Translations under genes and position numbers: made by a program
The notes under the pieces: model-generated
What the model was told of the DNA's origin: nothing
Database searches by the model: none
Seen by the model: only the letters and a program-made list of their open reading frames with translations
Part shown: positions 29,676 through 41,374 of the stretch, one piece after another
How positions within the stretch are numbered: the stretch's first letter is position 1
How the letters are laid out: each line of letters opens with the position of its first letter
Assembly (NCBI GenBank): GCA_964057225.1
Contig: OZ059896.1
Location: 17,794,001 to 17,858,000 of the forward strand
Direction: 5' to 3'
Length of the DNA stretch: 64,000 bases
Origin: Auanema rhodensis
Lineage: Eukaryota > Animalia > Nematoda

Positions 29676-30447
29676 TATCATTTAAATAATATATGTGTAT
29701 GATATATATGATTGTTTTTATTAATAACAATACTAATAATAAATTATTAAATTAAAAGCCTTTATAAACTATATGATCAGCCTAACAATGCTTCTTCTTT
29801 TAACACTACTCACTAATCTCCCTTTCAAACTGTAAATCTCAAAATATTTGCACACAAGGACATTCTTGTTTATGCATCAACATACAGATGAAGAACATAT
29901 GGTTTTTCTGAATTTTGTTAGCAAGAAATTCATTCCCTGAAAAACTTTAATCAAAATTCATGAACCATTTGTTCAAAAAACTGTAGAAAAAGAAAGGGAT
30001 AGATAGAGAGAAGGAATAGAAGCTTGCATGCGATCTCGTATAATCTGCATTCTGGATGAGAGAATGAGAGAAAGTGAGAGTCGTTTACCAAAATTGTTTT
30101 TCACCTTTTTCTCATAATTCTTGTAAGTTTGTAAGAAAAAAAATAAAAAGATCTCTAATCGCAAAAAGAAGAAAAAGAAAAGAAAAACAGATGAAAAAAG
30201 GAAAAAACTTCTTTCGTTTTATTTATTGTTCTACATGTGTATATATTTATTTACTTATATGATATATTTAACTTTATATTGTCATCTTTTTTCATCTTCT
30301 TCATCCTCTTCATCCTTTTCATCATAGTCATTATTATTATTATCTTTATTATTATTAAAAATAGAAAAATATATTCTAAAAAACAACATAAAGATATAGA
30401 ACATATACAAGTAATTACTCGTTTTCAGTTTTATTTAGTTGATATTT

Positions 30448-30450
<3 letters not shown>

Positions 30451-30502
<52 letters not shown>

Positions 30503-30521
30503 TCTCTCTCTCTCTCTCTCT
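30451..30521. repeat. (CT)n microsatellite
   Basis: Direct reading. Similar CT/GA tracts at about 29345, 55840, 56965-57080, 59170-59260, 59710, 61855 and 62631. Confidence 0.95.
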
Positions 30522-30824
30522 CCTTACAAATTCTTTTATAACCATTTTCTTCTCTTACTGTTCCTTTTTCAAAAAATGAAAATTTCAACAAAAAATTGTT
30601 TTTTTTCTTCTCAATTATTCTGATTTTTATTGCAATAGCCGAATTAATGACTTACCTCCCTGCTTCGCCTACTTCACCTGAGCTCTATCTTGCATCTGGC
30701 TTCTAAACTCTTTCTAGTCTCTTTCATTTTCCTTTCATATTTCTATTCTTCTACTATCTAAGAAATAAGTATAAGCTTGGTTAAACAGATGACGAAAAAG
30801 CAATTACGATTATATGATCATCAT

Positions 30825-30993
30825 ATTCATATTTATGTAGATATTATAAGAAGCATTCTGTTAAAAATATAAAGTTACGATGATGCTCGAGAACACATTT
30901 CGGCTGACTTGCCGATGTTAATCAGCAAGTCAGCCGAATATTTCTTTATATTTTTAACAGAATGCTTCTTATAATATCTACATAAATATGAAT
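30825..30993. repeat. Perfect 50-bp inverted repeat enclosing a second 14-bp inverted repeat (foldback/MITE-like)
   Basis: 30825-30874 is the exact reverse complement of 30944-30993. Inner TTCGGCTGACTTGC (30899-30912) pairs with GCAAGTCAGCCGAA (30925-30938). Confidence 0.95.
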
Positions 30994-33900
30994 GATCAAG
31001 GTTAATTCATGAAATTACTTTAATTTTCATGATCATCATTATCTTTTTTTTTCCTTTGTATTAACTTTACTATACAGCTTCTCAATTTCTCTGTTTCTCT
31101 CTACATCCCTTCTCTCCCTCTCTAACGTCTCTCTCTCTCTATTTTAATCTCTCACTATTTCAAACTCTTCATCTTTTGTTCTTTGTCTTCGTCATCATTC
31201 CAAATATAGAATAAGAATTTTTGGGTGACTATCCTTCCAGCTGGGTTGTTAACTAATTCTGTTGCCTGCTACTACTAGCTGATACTGATATCACAAGCCA
31301 ACATTCTGTTGCTTTTGGGTATTGATGTTAGCCATCAAAAACTTTATATCGTAAATGATGAAGCGTTGTCATTATTAGTGTGTTGTCTTTTGGATAGTAT
31401 GTGATTATACAAAAAAATCGGCCTAGAGTAAAAGGTTATTATTCAAAAAGTGGAATCAGAGGTCTAAAGCTGCTAGAAAACGTCTTAAAGTAACGTATCA
31501 GCTACTTAGATTAAAAGATTCATCTCATGCTTAATATAGAAGACTTAAAAAAGAAGACAAAGAGAGAGAGAAAGAGAGAGAGAGGGGAGAGAGAGAGAGA
31601 AATGATTTGGAGAGAGAGAGGTCAGGTATGAAAGATATATGAATAAACAGAAGAAAGTAGAAAAGAACAATAACTATGAATTTGAATTTGAAATGGGGAA
31701 ACCTCTTGTACACCCCCCCCCCCTCTTTTCCGGAAATGAACAGATGCCGTTTATGGATAAGAAGAAATTTATGATTAAAAGAAGAAAATCTGATATCATC
31801 ATCATCATTAGTGAAAAGAACGAAGACAAACGCCAACATTCCATTCATTTCTCAAATTTTCGTAGGAATTAGCATATCTCTTGCCTTAGACAGTGATTTC
31901 GAACGGACTGAACTACAGAGAGGGAAAGAGAGAGAGGGAGAGAGAGAGGGAGAGAGAGAGAGAGAGAGGAGGAGAGGAGGGATGGCGAAAATACGAAAAC
32001 ACAGTCTGAAATCTTGGAGACAGAAGGCCAATTTGAGGACGAAAAGTACGGAGGTGATAGATGAATAAGATGAAGGTTCGAATGATGAGGGTACAACATT
32101 GACGAGACTACCTCATTCCGCTCTTTACAGAGGTTCTTCCGCTCGTTCTCTCTATCTTTCTCTCTTTGTTCATTCACTTGTTCTCATAGTGTTTCTCTCC
32201 CTATATATCATCTTGACTTTCTTCAAACATAAAATCATAATTTCATTTTAAAATGGCCACGATGCTCATATTGTTTGATAAATAAGAAAGAAGCAGATTT
32301 GAAAAGCCAAAAAAGGCAGAAGGAAAATTAAATATGAAAAGATGAAGAGATATCGAGAGGGTGAAAGAATGAAGCAGAAAAGACGAAGAAACTGCGAGTT
32401 AAAACATTGATGGACAATGACGTTGATCTAAATATCAATGAAATATGTGAAAAAGCAATCCTAACTGAAGAAACTCATTACAAAAACTTATTTTATATAT
32501 TCAAATAAACATTCCATAACCTTCCTCCTACAATTGACGTTGCTATTCTTTGTCATAACGTCCAAGAATGATCTCATCTGATGACAGACAATCGGTATCG
32601 TTCAGGTTATGAGAATAGAAAAAGTTACAACCGATTATTGGATGAAAAGATCGAAAATCTCTATGAAAATTAAAAATTACATTTTCAATTTTTAAGAAAC
32701 AAAAACGAAATAAGAAAAATATACAAATTACATCTGCTTCTCTTAATTGAGCTAGCTCTCCATCTTTTATTCTCTCTCTTTCTCTTTTTCTCTCTTACCA
32801 GTTCTCTCTCTCAAACCCTCTCTTAATCTCTTTTTGTTTTTTTTCCTCTCTCTACCCCTTTATTTATTGCTCTTTTCACTTCGTTCTAAGATTATTATTA
32901 TAGCCTTTAGTATAATTATAATTAAGTGTAAAATAAATGTTCGTACATTTATGAATAAAAATGTTTTTCTTTGTATATTTGTTGAGAAAAAAAAGGAAAA
33001 GATTACGTCAAGATCATTCTGTCTCACCCACCACCTATATTTTTATATTTTTGTATATATATTATATATAAATGTATAATTCGAAGCACACGAAAATTCA
33101 CACACTGTTATAAAGAAAAGAAAAAGGAATTTTGTGCGTCTTTCCTATTATATTTCATCTCTTGTATATATTTACTTTCCCTTTTTTTTGTCTACATACT
33201 TATTTATCTTTATATCCAATTTATATACTGTTAGACATATGATTGAAACTTAATCAAATCATCTGATCATCTAACTGTATCAAAGATGAATTATAAACAA
33301 AAAAAACTCAGTTGTTAGTTCATTTGAAGTACAGTGTTTAGTATAGATAAACTCTACGGACGCGAATCTGGAACCCAGATGGGTCGGATGACGAAAAAAC
33401 GCAATCATCGGTCTATGGGCTTGAGCTAGAGACTCACGAAACAAAGTAATGAGCTGTTTTAAAATGAGGAGAGGGCTCCAATGGGAGAAAAGAGAATGAT
33501 ATTGATAGAGGAATCAGAGGAATTCAATGATCCGTTCTGGAATCTGTTTCATTTATTCAGATGTGCCATATACTATCATCATCACCATCCTCCTACCCAT
33601 CTTCCTTCATTTTGGATAACAGAGGCCTTTCCGGTTGAACGCAACAGCATCCGGACGAAATAGATTAACTGTCTAAAACCATGCCGATTAAGTGATTCTT
33701 GGATATCAAAGCTTTTGCTCTTGCACAATGGAGATTTGAATATTATCTTAACAACTCACCTAGAACTTCAATAAGCTTAATACATACATTCCTTATGTTT
33801 CAATTTATATTCTTTCTCTATATTACTCCCAATCTCTCTCTAGTTTTCTTTCTCTCTTTCTCTTTCTCTCTCTCCCTTTTACACCATGTCCTTCTATCCA

Positions 33901-34468
33901 TTTTCTTCCTTTCGCTCTCTCGCACCACCTCAGTCTCACAGTCTCTCACAAAGATATCTCTGATCTGACCGTTTGTTTGCAAAACTACCTTTTGCAAGGC
34001 TACTGTGGATTAAGAAGGGGCGGAGAACATTCTCTGCATACCTCAGCTGCGTCCACTATATAAGACGACAATTCGCCGATTCCACCAGTTCGCATTCTCC
34101 TCCTTCTTTCACTCCTCCTACCCATTCATCCTCATCTGAATTCGATACCACATTCCGTGTTCTCGTATTCAGCTATACGTGTTTGTGTATTATCAGTAAT
34201 CGAATAACAATTTTTATATCCTTCTAAGTCTGTGAACTATTCCAAAGTATCATCATTTTCATCTTTCAATGATCGTATCTATTATCTTTTCTTTATTTTT
34301 AAATTATCATTGTATTCATATCTTCTTTCTTCAGCATTCATCTGATCTTGTTGCCACGCCATCTTACTACTGATTGTTCTACGACGTTAGAAAAGCGTTC
34401 AATTCTAAATTCAAATTCACACTATTCATTGATTCGCTATCAAGAGCTTCAACTAGAATTAACTAAAT

Positions 34469-34932
34469 ATGAGATTTTTCCTTATCTTTCTCGCAGTCGT
34501 ACTATTTCTCTCATCCACCACTCCAATCTATGGACGTGTCTTTGAGAAGGAAGAAGACTGTATGATTCATGAAAATGAGACAATTCACGAAATAATGGAT
34601 CGGATTTGTGAAATGTGCCATGAATTTGCCAGCCATTCGAAGCCAAATATGAGATTTGAGTGCAGGTATGTTGAAAGTTATTTTCTTTTCAGTACGTCAT
34701 TATCCGCTTTTGTCCTCTTCAGCTTTCAATTATTTTCAAATTAAAAAAAATTTATCTCTTTTATGAAAAGTACAAATTTTCGAACAATACCATGCAAAAC
34801 CATGCAATTAATGCAATTTTATCTTTATTTAATTTGTTTTTCAGGTCTCAATGCTTTACCACTGAAACGTTCCGAACTTGTTTGAAACTTTTTACTCCAA
34901 AAAGACATACAAGACACAACCGCCGATACTAG
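34469..34932 (+). CDS. Crustacean hyperglycaemic hormone / ion transport peptide (CHH/ITP) family neuropeptide precursor, 2 coding exons
   Basis: Signal peptide, then six Cys in CHH spacing: DCMIHEN..MDRICEMCHE..MRFECR|SQCFTTETFRTCLKLF. Basic tail KRHTRHNRRY*. Intron 34666-34844. Confidence 0.9.
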
Positions 34933-37292
34933 AAGACGATTGACATCTGAGTTAACTTGAGGGAAAACATCGTAGAAGCAGCTTTACTCAACATCATGAA
35001 CTTTTCCTGCTCTTCCCTCAAAACGTAAAAGACTATTGCTTTACTGCTTCGTTATTGAAGTCAAACAAAAGCAACAACTCAAGAATTTCATGCCATAGAC
35101 TCTTTAACTGGTGTTTTAAATTATTTCTCTCACTTTGGCTTTCTATCTATCCTGTTTTTTCTTTTTCTTTTTATTTGTTTTCATTCTTCATGACCATATA
35201 ATATTATAATTTAACGTTTAATTAACAACATAACACATTTTTTCTAAATTCATATCTTTATAACCTCATCCAGTAATTTTTTAGTTTAATTTTAATTTGT
35301 GTTTGATGTTTGTGCGTAGTTTATTTTTATATTTCCGTAGTTAACATCTAAACACTTCGGAACTTATTTAATTCTCAGATTTTCATTATCTTGCCAACAT
35401 CATCATCTTTCAATCTCTCTATCTTTTTCCTCTCATATGTACACTATCTCTTTAACTTTATATAATTGTAGAGGAGATGAATCCGGTAAAAAAAAACTTC
35501 ATTACGGTAGCTTTTCTTTATAAAATTCTATTTTTTTTTCTCTTTAACTCCTCTCACATAATCTCTCTATGAACAAACTCAAACCCGGTTGAACTATAGA
35601 TCTTCTGATGGAATTTTAAATTATTTCATTTATTATCATCATCCTTATTACATTTCTTCCTGAAGTGATTTAGTTGTTTTGTGAACCAAAAAATGGTTAT
35701 CTCAGGCTGTGCTCTAGGGAATAATGTCTCACTTTCTTTCAAATAAAACCTTCCCAAATAAAAAGCTGAAAATGTGCAACCTTGTACCTCAACAGATCCT
35801 ATTGAGCTTGATTATTCCGTTTGAAACTCATATTCTCTTGCCTAGATGACGACAGCTAAGAGACATTCCCCGAAAACCTTTTGCTTACTGGTCGACCCAC
35901 CCCCATAGATGACGATCTCTTGAACATGAATTCTATGCTTCTTACCAATGTTTCTGTTTGTTTCTTTTCAATTCTGATAGTGTTCCGAGAATTTTCTGTT
36001 TTTTTACTTTTTTAAAAAAATCAACTGCATTATAATTGTCTGTTGCGGTTTGTAGAATTTATTTTTCTTATAAATAATGAAATACTTTTTACAGGTATAT
36101 ATAAATTGAAAATCAAATAAATATTCGTTTTAAATATAAAATTACGATGATTCTCCTGCCTATACATATGCATTTGTACACAGGTATACATAACCAGTAA
36201 CTTACTAGCTCTGATAAAGAACGCATGGCATACTTAGTTATGTATATTTTTTGCAAACAAACATGAAACCAAAATTGCTACAAAAAAATTTAAATTACCA
36301 TGAAAAAAAGGAAAATTATGACAATTGTTGACTTCATCCATTTATTTCTTTTCTCAACACAAACTTTTTGTTGATTCCCGATTTGTTTTACCAAATAAAA
36401 AATTATATTCAGATACATTTATGTGAAGACAAAACAAAACTGCATGAGTGATCCATACGAGTTTTGATGACATTCTGGAAATTGTGAATTGAATGTGGGA
36501 ACAAAATAAAGGAGGAAGAAATTTATTCACATGTTTCTTCTATATATTTTTATTTTGAACAAGAAGCACGAAGAAGAAGCTCGAAGTTCAAACAAGTTTA
36601 AAAGAAGTAAATTTCTCAATTTATACTATCATATAAATATAAATATATATATATAAGTATTCATATTATTGAACCAGAAAACTTTCTAATTCGTTACATC
36701 CTGATGTTCATTGATTTCCATATATTTTCACGCTTAATTAATTCAGAATAATTCAAGAACAACACTTTTGTTGTTTCAAAAAAGTGAGAAAAGAAGATAA
36801 ATAATTAATAGGCAATATATACTATTGAAAACCATCTTCTATTTTATATTTATAGAATTATTTACCTAAATTTATAAAAATGAAAGTCCAACACATTTAA
36901 CAGAAAAGCTTCCTGCTACTGTGTTTAATTTCAGAACCTTGTACGTAGTGAAATTCAATGACCTAGAACATGTTTCCTTTTTTTGTAAAATATTATTTAG
37001 AATAACTAACGTAATTTTATGTTTAATGAAATTAATTTTTTTCTATTTCAAAGTTATATATTATTTGCAAAATATAATAACTTTCAAAATGAAAATATTA
37101 ATTATATAATGAACAATGCTAACTTTAACTGTTCAAATTTTTAACTCGTTCTTTTTTTATTTTGTGATATCATTTATTCTGAAAAGCAAATAAATTAAAA
37201 CAAATAATGCATAATTATTCGTGATTTCTTATGATTGACCATATATGACGACTCAATACATTGTTTAAGGCTACTGAAGCAAAAATTAAGTC

Positions 37293-37887
37293 ATGCTTCG
37301 CTCGATTATTAAGTCGATCGCAAAAGCTGCCGTCGGTGGATGCATGGTCATAACATTTTGTGATAGTATAGGTCATCCAGCTGTTGTATACGGGAATTCT
37401 ATGTATCCAACCTTAGACGGCTCAGATGCGAGGTGGTGGAAAAGAGATTTCGTCTGGCTATCACCGTGGGCTGGAAAAAACCCTCAAATTTCGGAAATCC
37501 ATACATTTACGTAATTGAGTCGTCAAAGAAATACATAATTGCATTTATCGTTTTATTCAGATCACCCAGAGATCCCACGAATACACACATTAAGCGAATT
37601 ACAGCACTTGAGAATAACGTCATCAAGTTAGTGACTTGTATATTTTTGCTTGTTATATTAAATATATTTCAGAGTAAAAGATAGAAACGAACTAATGATT
37701 GTACCAAAAGGCTGTTGTTGGATGGAAAGTGATAATCCATCTAATGCTAACGATAGTAATATTTATGGCCCTGTAAGAATTATTTTCAATGAATCTTTAA
37801 AATATTTATTTTTAGGTAAGTAAAGGCTTGATTAAAAGTAGGGCTACACATATCATATGGCCTCCGGAACGATGGCAAAAACTATAA
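37293..37887 (+). CDS. immp-2: Mitochondrial inner membrane protease subunit 2 (IMMP2L/Imp2)
   Basis: S26 peptidase motifs VYGNSMYPTL, SPRDPTNTHIKRITALE, VPKGCCWMESDN, DSNIYGPVSKGLI and IIWPPERWQKL*. Confidence 0.93.
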
Positions 37888-37980
37888 ATAATTAGAACTC
37901 TATTATGTACTTCTAAAAGGAATGGCACTTCAAGCTCACAACTAGAATTATACAGAGATCGGTATATCATAGGAAAGCAA

Positions 37981-39481
37981 TTATGAATCCTTGATTAACT
38001 CAGAAAATTCCTCTTTTAAATGATTCTCCAAAGCAGAGTCTTTTACGGCGTCAAAAAAACCTGGGTTTTTAATCCCATGCTTGCAGAGCGATTTCACACC
38101 TTCATAACAAATGTTTCGAATCTGAATTATGTGATTTGTTTGAATTCTTTCTGCAAATTCTGCATGTTACCTTCATCTCATCTGAATCTTTCAATTCTCT
38201 GCTTAATATGTTGCAAAGAACTTCCATGTCATTGTCGTAGAATATTTTATGAATTGATATATCTTCTTGGCATAAAGAGACTAGTAATTTCAGTCTATTC
38301 CCTGCAAGATACTCGTGAAATGAGGTTAAAAGTTCACAAATTAATCACATGTTGGTTGTTTATTCAGACTTTTGATATAAAATTCTCCAAAAACTGGAGA
38401 AACATCTTTTGAAATTGCTTCCACAATGGGATTATTTACTTCCGGCGGAACTATACTATTAAAAGCTACAATTAGATCCATGAGCTCTATAGGATGAAAA
38501 TGCAAAAGTTTGAGAATTTTTTCAAAAAACTCTGAGTTAATATAATCTGGAAAATGCACAAAGATTATCATAATTATCATGAAACTTCCAATTTCATACC
38601 AAAATGACCAAGCGGTGGACTGCGATTAATTGAATACATTTTTGTCAAAACATCAATGCTCAATAACTGCATTTCGTCAAAAGGCTGCTGTCTATACGAA
38701 ATCTAAAATGATTCAACTGTACTATTTTCTTGTATATGTTTCTATAAACGACTGCCTTTTGAACGATGGTCAATGATAAGTTCGAATCTAAGAAAAAGCT
38801 TGTTAACTCAGAGCAATATTGCACAACGCTCTGAATGGATTTTAATGTTTCGTGTCGAAGATCTGTGCATTGTTCCTAAAAACTGGGAATGTGTTAAGTT
38901 GAAAAATGGTTTTTTCACAAAACCATTTGATAGAATTCAATAAATCTGGAAAGTAATACGAAATCTTCCTCTTTAATAACATGAACAGGAACTTTTGGGT
39001 CAGTTTTACTCTGAAAATAAAAATAAATCTCATGACATTCAACAATAAACTTTAAAATACCACGAAATCTTGGAAAATTTGAAGCAATTGCTTAATAATT
39101 GGGTCGTTATCAGTATATGCATAGTTATACTAAAAACAAACTTTCATAAATATTAAATGAGTTTATTACCTCAGATTTCAGTGTTATAAAGTTGGTAAGT
39201 TCTTTAACAATATAAGCCAAACTTCTCCCATCATAACTGTTGTCGACATCAACAACATACGCATCAACAGCATCATGAATTTTAGAAAAGTTTTCTGTCC
39301 TAAAATAGTTGTTAATCACGGAAGAAGTATGTAGATGCTCAAACTTCACGAATTTGCCTAGAGACGTCATAACTGCTTTCGCTGCTTCAATGCATGACGG
39401 CAGAGAAGCATTTGTTTTCTCACGAAGTTCATCTACGATCTCTCTAGCTAACTGTACTTCATCCAGAACCAAATCATACAT
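37981..39481 (-). CDS. Probable SPIN90/Ldb17 (WISH/NCKIPSD, DUF2013) leucine-rich-domain protein
   Basis: Clean multi-exon helical protein. IFYDNDMEVLCNILSREL resembles the conserved FYxNDxxxLxxIxxRxL motif of the SPIN90/Ldb17 domain. No SH3 seen. The family call rests mainly on this motif. Confidence 0.6.
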
Positions 39482-39668
39482 GTCTGAACGTTCATTGACA
39501 TTGAAATAAAATGTATACATATTAAGAAAAATATATTAAGGTTAATCCTCTATACATAATTGCAATTTGAAAAAAGTACCAGTAATTTATTGAAAAAAAA
39601 TCAGTAGAAAGCTTCTATTTTAAGCAAAACCATATCATAAAATTCCGCATTTATACAATTGAAAAAAA

Positions 39669-41143
39669 TTAAGGTGGTCTGCCAAAATTAAGCAAGGTTA
39701 TGAATCTTTCCATGCCTTCGTCCAGATCGTGAGTATAATCTTCTTCTTCATCACTGTCTCTGGAAGCAACAATTTATCAATAAATACGTATATATAAACT
39801 TTAGTACCGCATTCTTATTAAGTAATCTGCTAAGCGAGCGCGTTTACGAACATGTGGACTCTCTCCAGGGTCAATACTTCCATCGGGAAGCTGGTGCTTA
39901 TAAAAGCATTTGTTACCAAACGGACAGCACCCACTGTTCAGTTTATCCTGGAAAAAATTATTCTCTACTTCCACATTGAAATCTAGCTGACCATGTAATA
40001 TTTGCATAATTTTTGTTTAGTATTCTCTTTATATATTTCTACCAAAATGCTTTTTTCATCATCCTCTTCTACCCAGTACAAGGATGGTACAACATAATCA
40101 CTATGAACCCGACACTCCGGACAGGACCTGAAATAAGAATATTAAAACAATAATACCAAATATGTATTGTATACTAATACCTTACAACTTTGGCTTCAAA
40201 CTCTTGTTTCTTTCGCCATTGTCTGATACAAGTAAGGCAGAAACAATGCTTACAGCCTTCCAAAATACCAAATCGCGAAGACTTAAAATTTAAAAAAATG
40301 TTGATTTTCTTGATAACATAAACAGTACCCTTTCAAAAATATTTTCCATGCAAATACCACATTGTTTACCTTTACTTTTGTCCTCGGCAAATGCTTGTTC
40401 CATCGCTTTATGATGTGAGAACACGCAATCCTGAAGAAGTTAATTACAAATGAAGTACCTTTAAACTTACATTATAGTGTTGTTTCTGTTGTTCTTCGTT
40501 GAATGGGTGGATACAGGCACGGAAGCACGTTTCGCAAACGTTTCCATGAATAAGTCTAGTATAAGCAATTACTTTAAATTGTTAGCTTAACTTAAACATA
40601 CTCGCAATTTTTATTGGAACATTCTCCCATCTCAAAATAAGGACACAAAGGAATATCTTTCTCAGATATAGTTGTTGATGTACCGGCTACTGTTGAATAG
40701 CTCGTCCCCGTTTCAAACTTCTTCGAACTTGGAACAAATACTGGAGCTGCAACGTTTAATCCTGCTTTAGGTAACTGAACTGGCTTTGGCAACGATGAAG
40801 GTTTTGGCATCTTAACGTTTGTATACAGCTTAACAAAACAATTCAATTATTTGAATTACCTCAATTTTTTCTTTCTTTGGCTTTATATGATCAAATCTGC
40901 AGGCATTTTCATAACGACAGCTGTAATGCAAAAATACAAGAAGAACTATATATTTTAACCTCACGCTCCTCTCAAATGAAAAGCACATGTCATATCGGGT
41001 CGGGAACTCCTGTCATGTGAAAAATTACAGGAATCACCTCTACTACAACATCCATTAGCAAAATACCTTATAACGGAAAACTAAATTGGAATATCATATT
41101 TATTTATTTACCTACAAAGATGCGGTTTGGGATCTTGCTGCAT
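39669..41143 (-). CDS. lep-2: Makorin RING/CCCH zinc-finger E3 ligase
   Basis: CCCH fingers (CRYFANGCCSRGDSCNFSH, CAFHLRGACRYENACRFDH, CPYFEMGEC). RING CGICMENI...RFGILEGCKHCFCLTCIRQWR...SCPECRVHSDYVVPSLYWVE. Last finger CPFGNKCFYKH. Confidence 0.95.
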
Positions 41144-41374
41144 TTGCTAAAATTGAAAAAATAACAATGAGAATATAGAAGAAAAAACATTATTTATAGA
41201 TATGTCATGATAAAAACTTTTGTTAAATAATGAAAACATGGACTATCAATTGATTTATATACATACACGTCGGTTCATGCATAAGACACAGATAATAAAT
41301 TAAGAGCTGTATGAAAATTACTAAGAAAGCTATATGTAAACCTTCCAAACAAAGTCCGCAATGTTAAAATGTTT

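Noticed and set aside
31278-31332. Imperfect hairpin containing TATCACAAGCC (mir-2-like)
   Set aside because: Many G-U pairs and bulges; the seed and arm position do not fit the family.
29973-34227. ORF-track entries rich in LS/ER/IF repeats (also 53906-60447 and 61740-62051)
   Set aside because: They are translations of (CT)n/(GA)n or AT-rich noncoding DNA, with no splice-consistent gene model.
38700-38760. Possible GC-AG intron in the SPIN90-like gene
   Set aside because: In-frame GT donors lie 3 and 6 nt away and give normal 47-50 nt introns.
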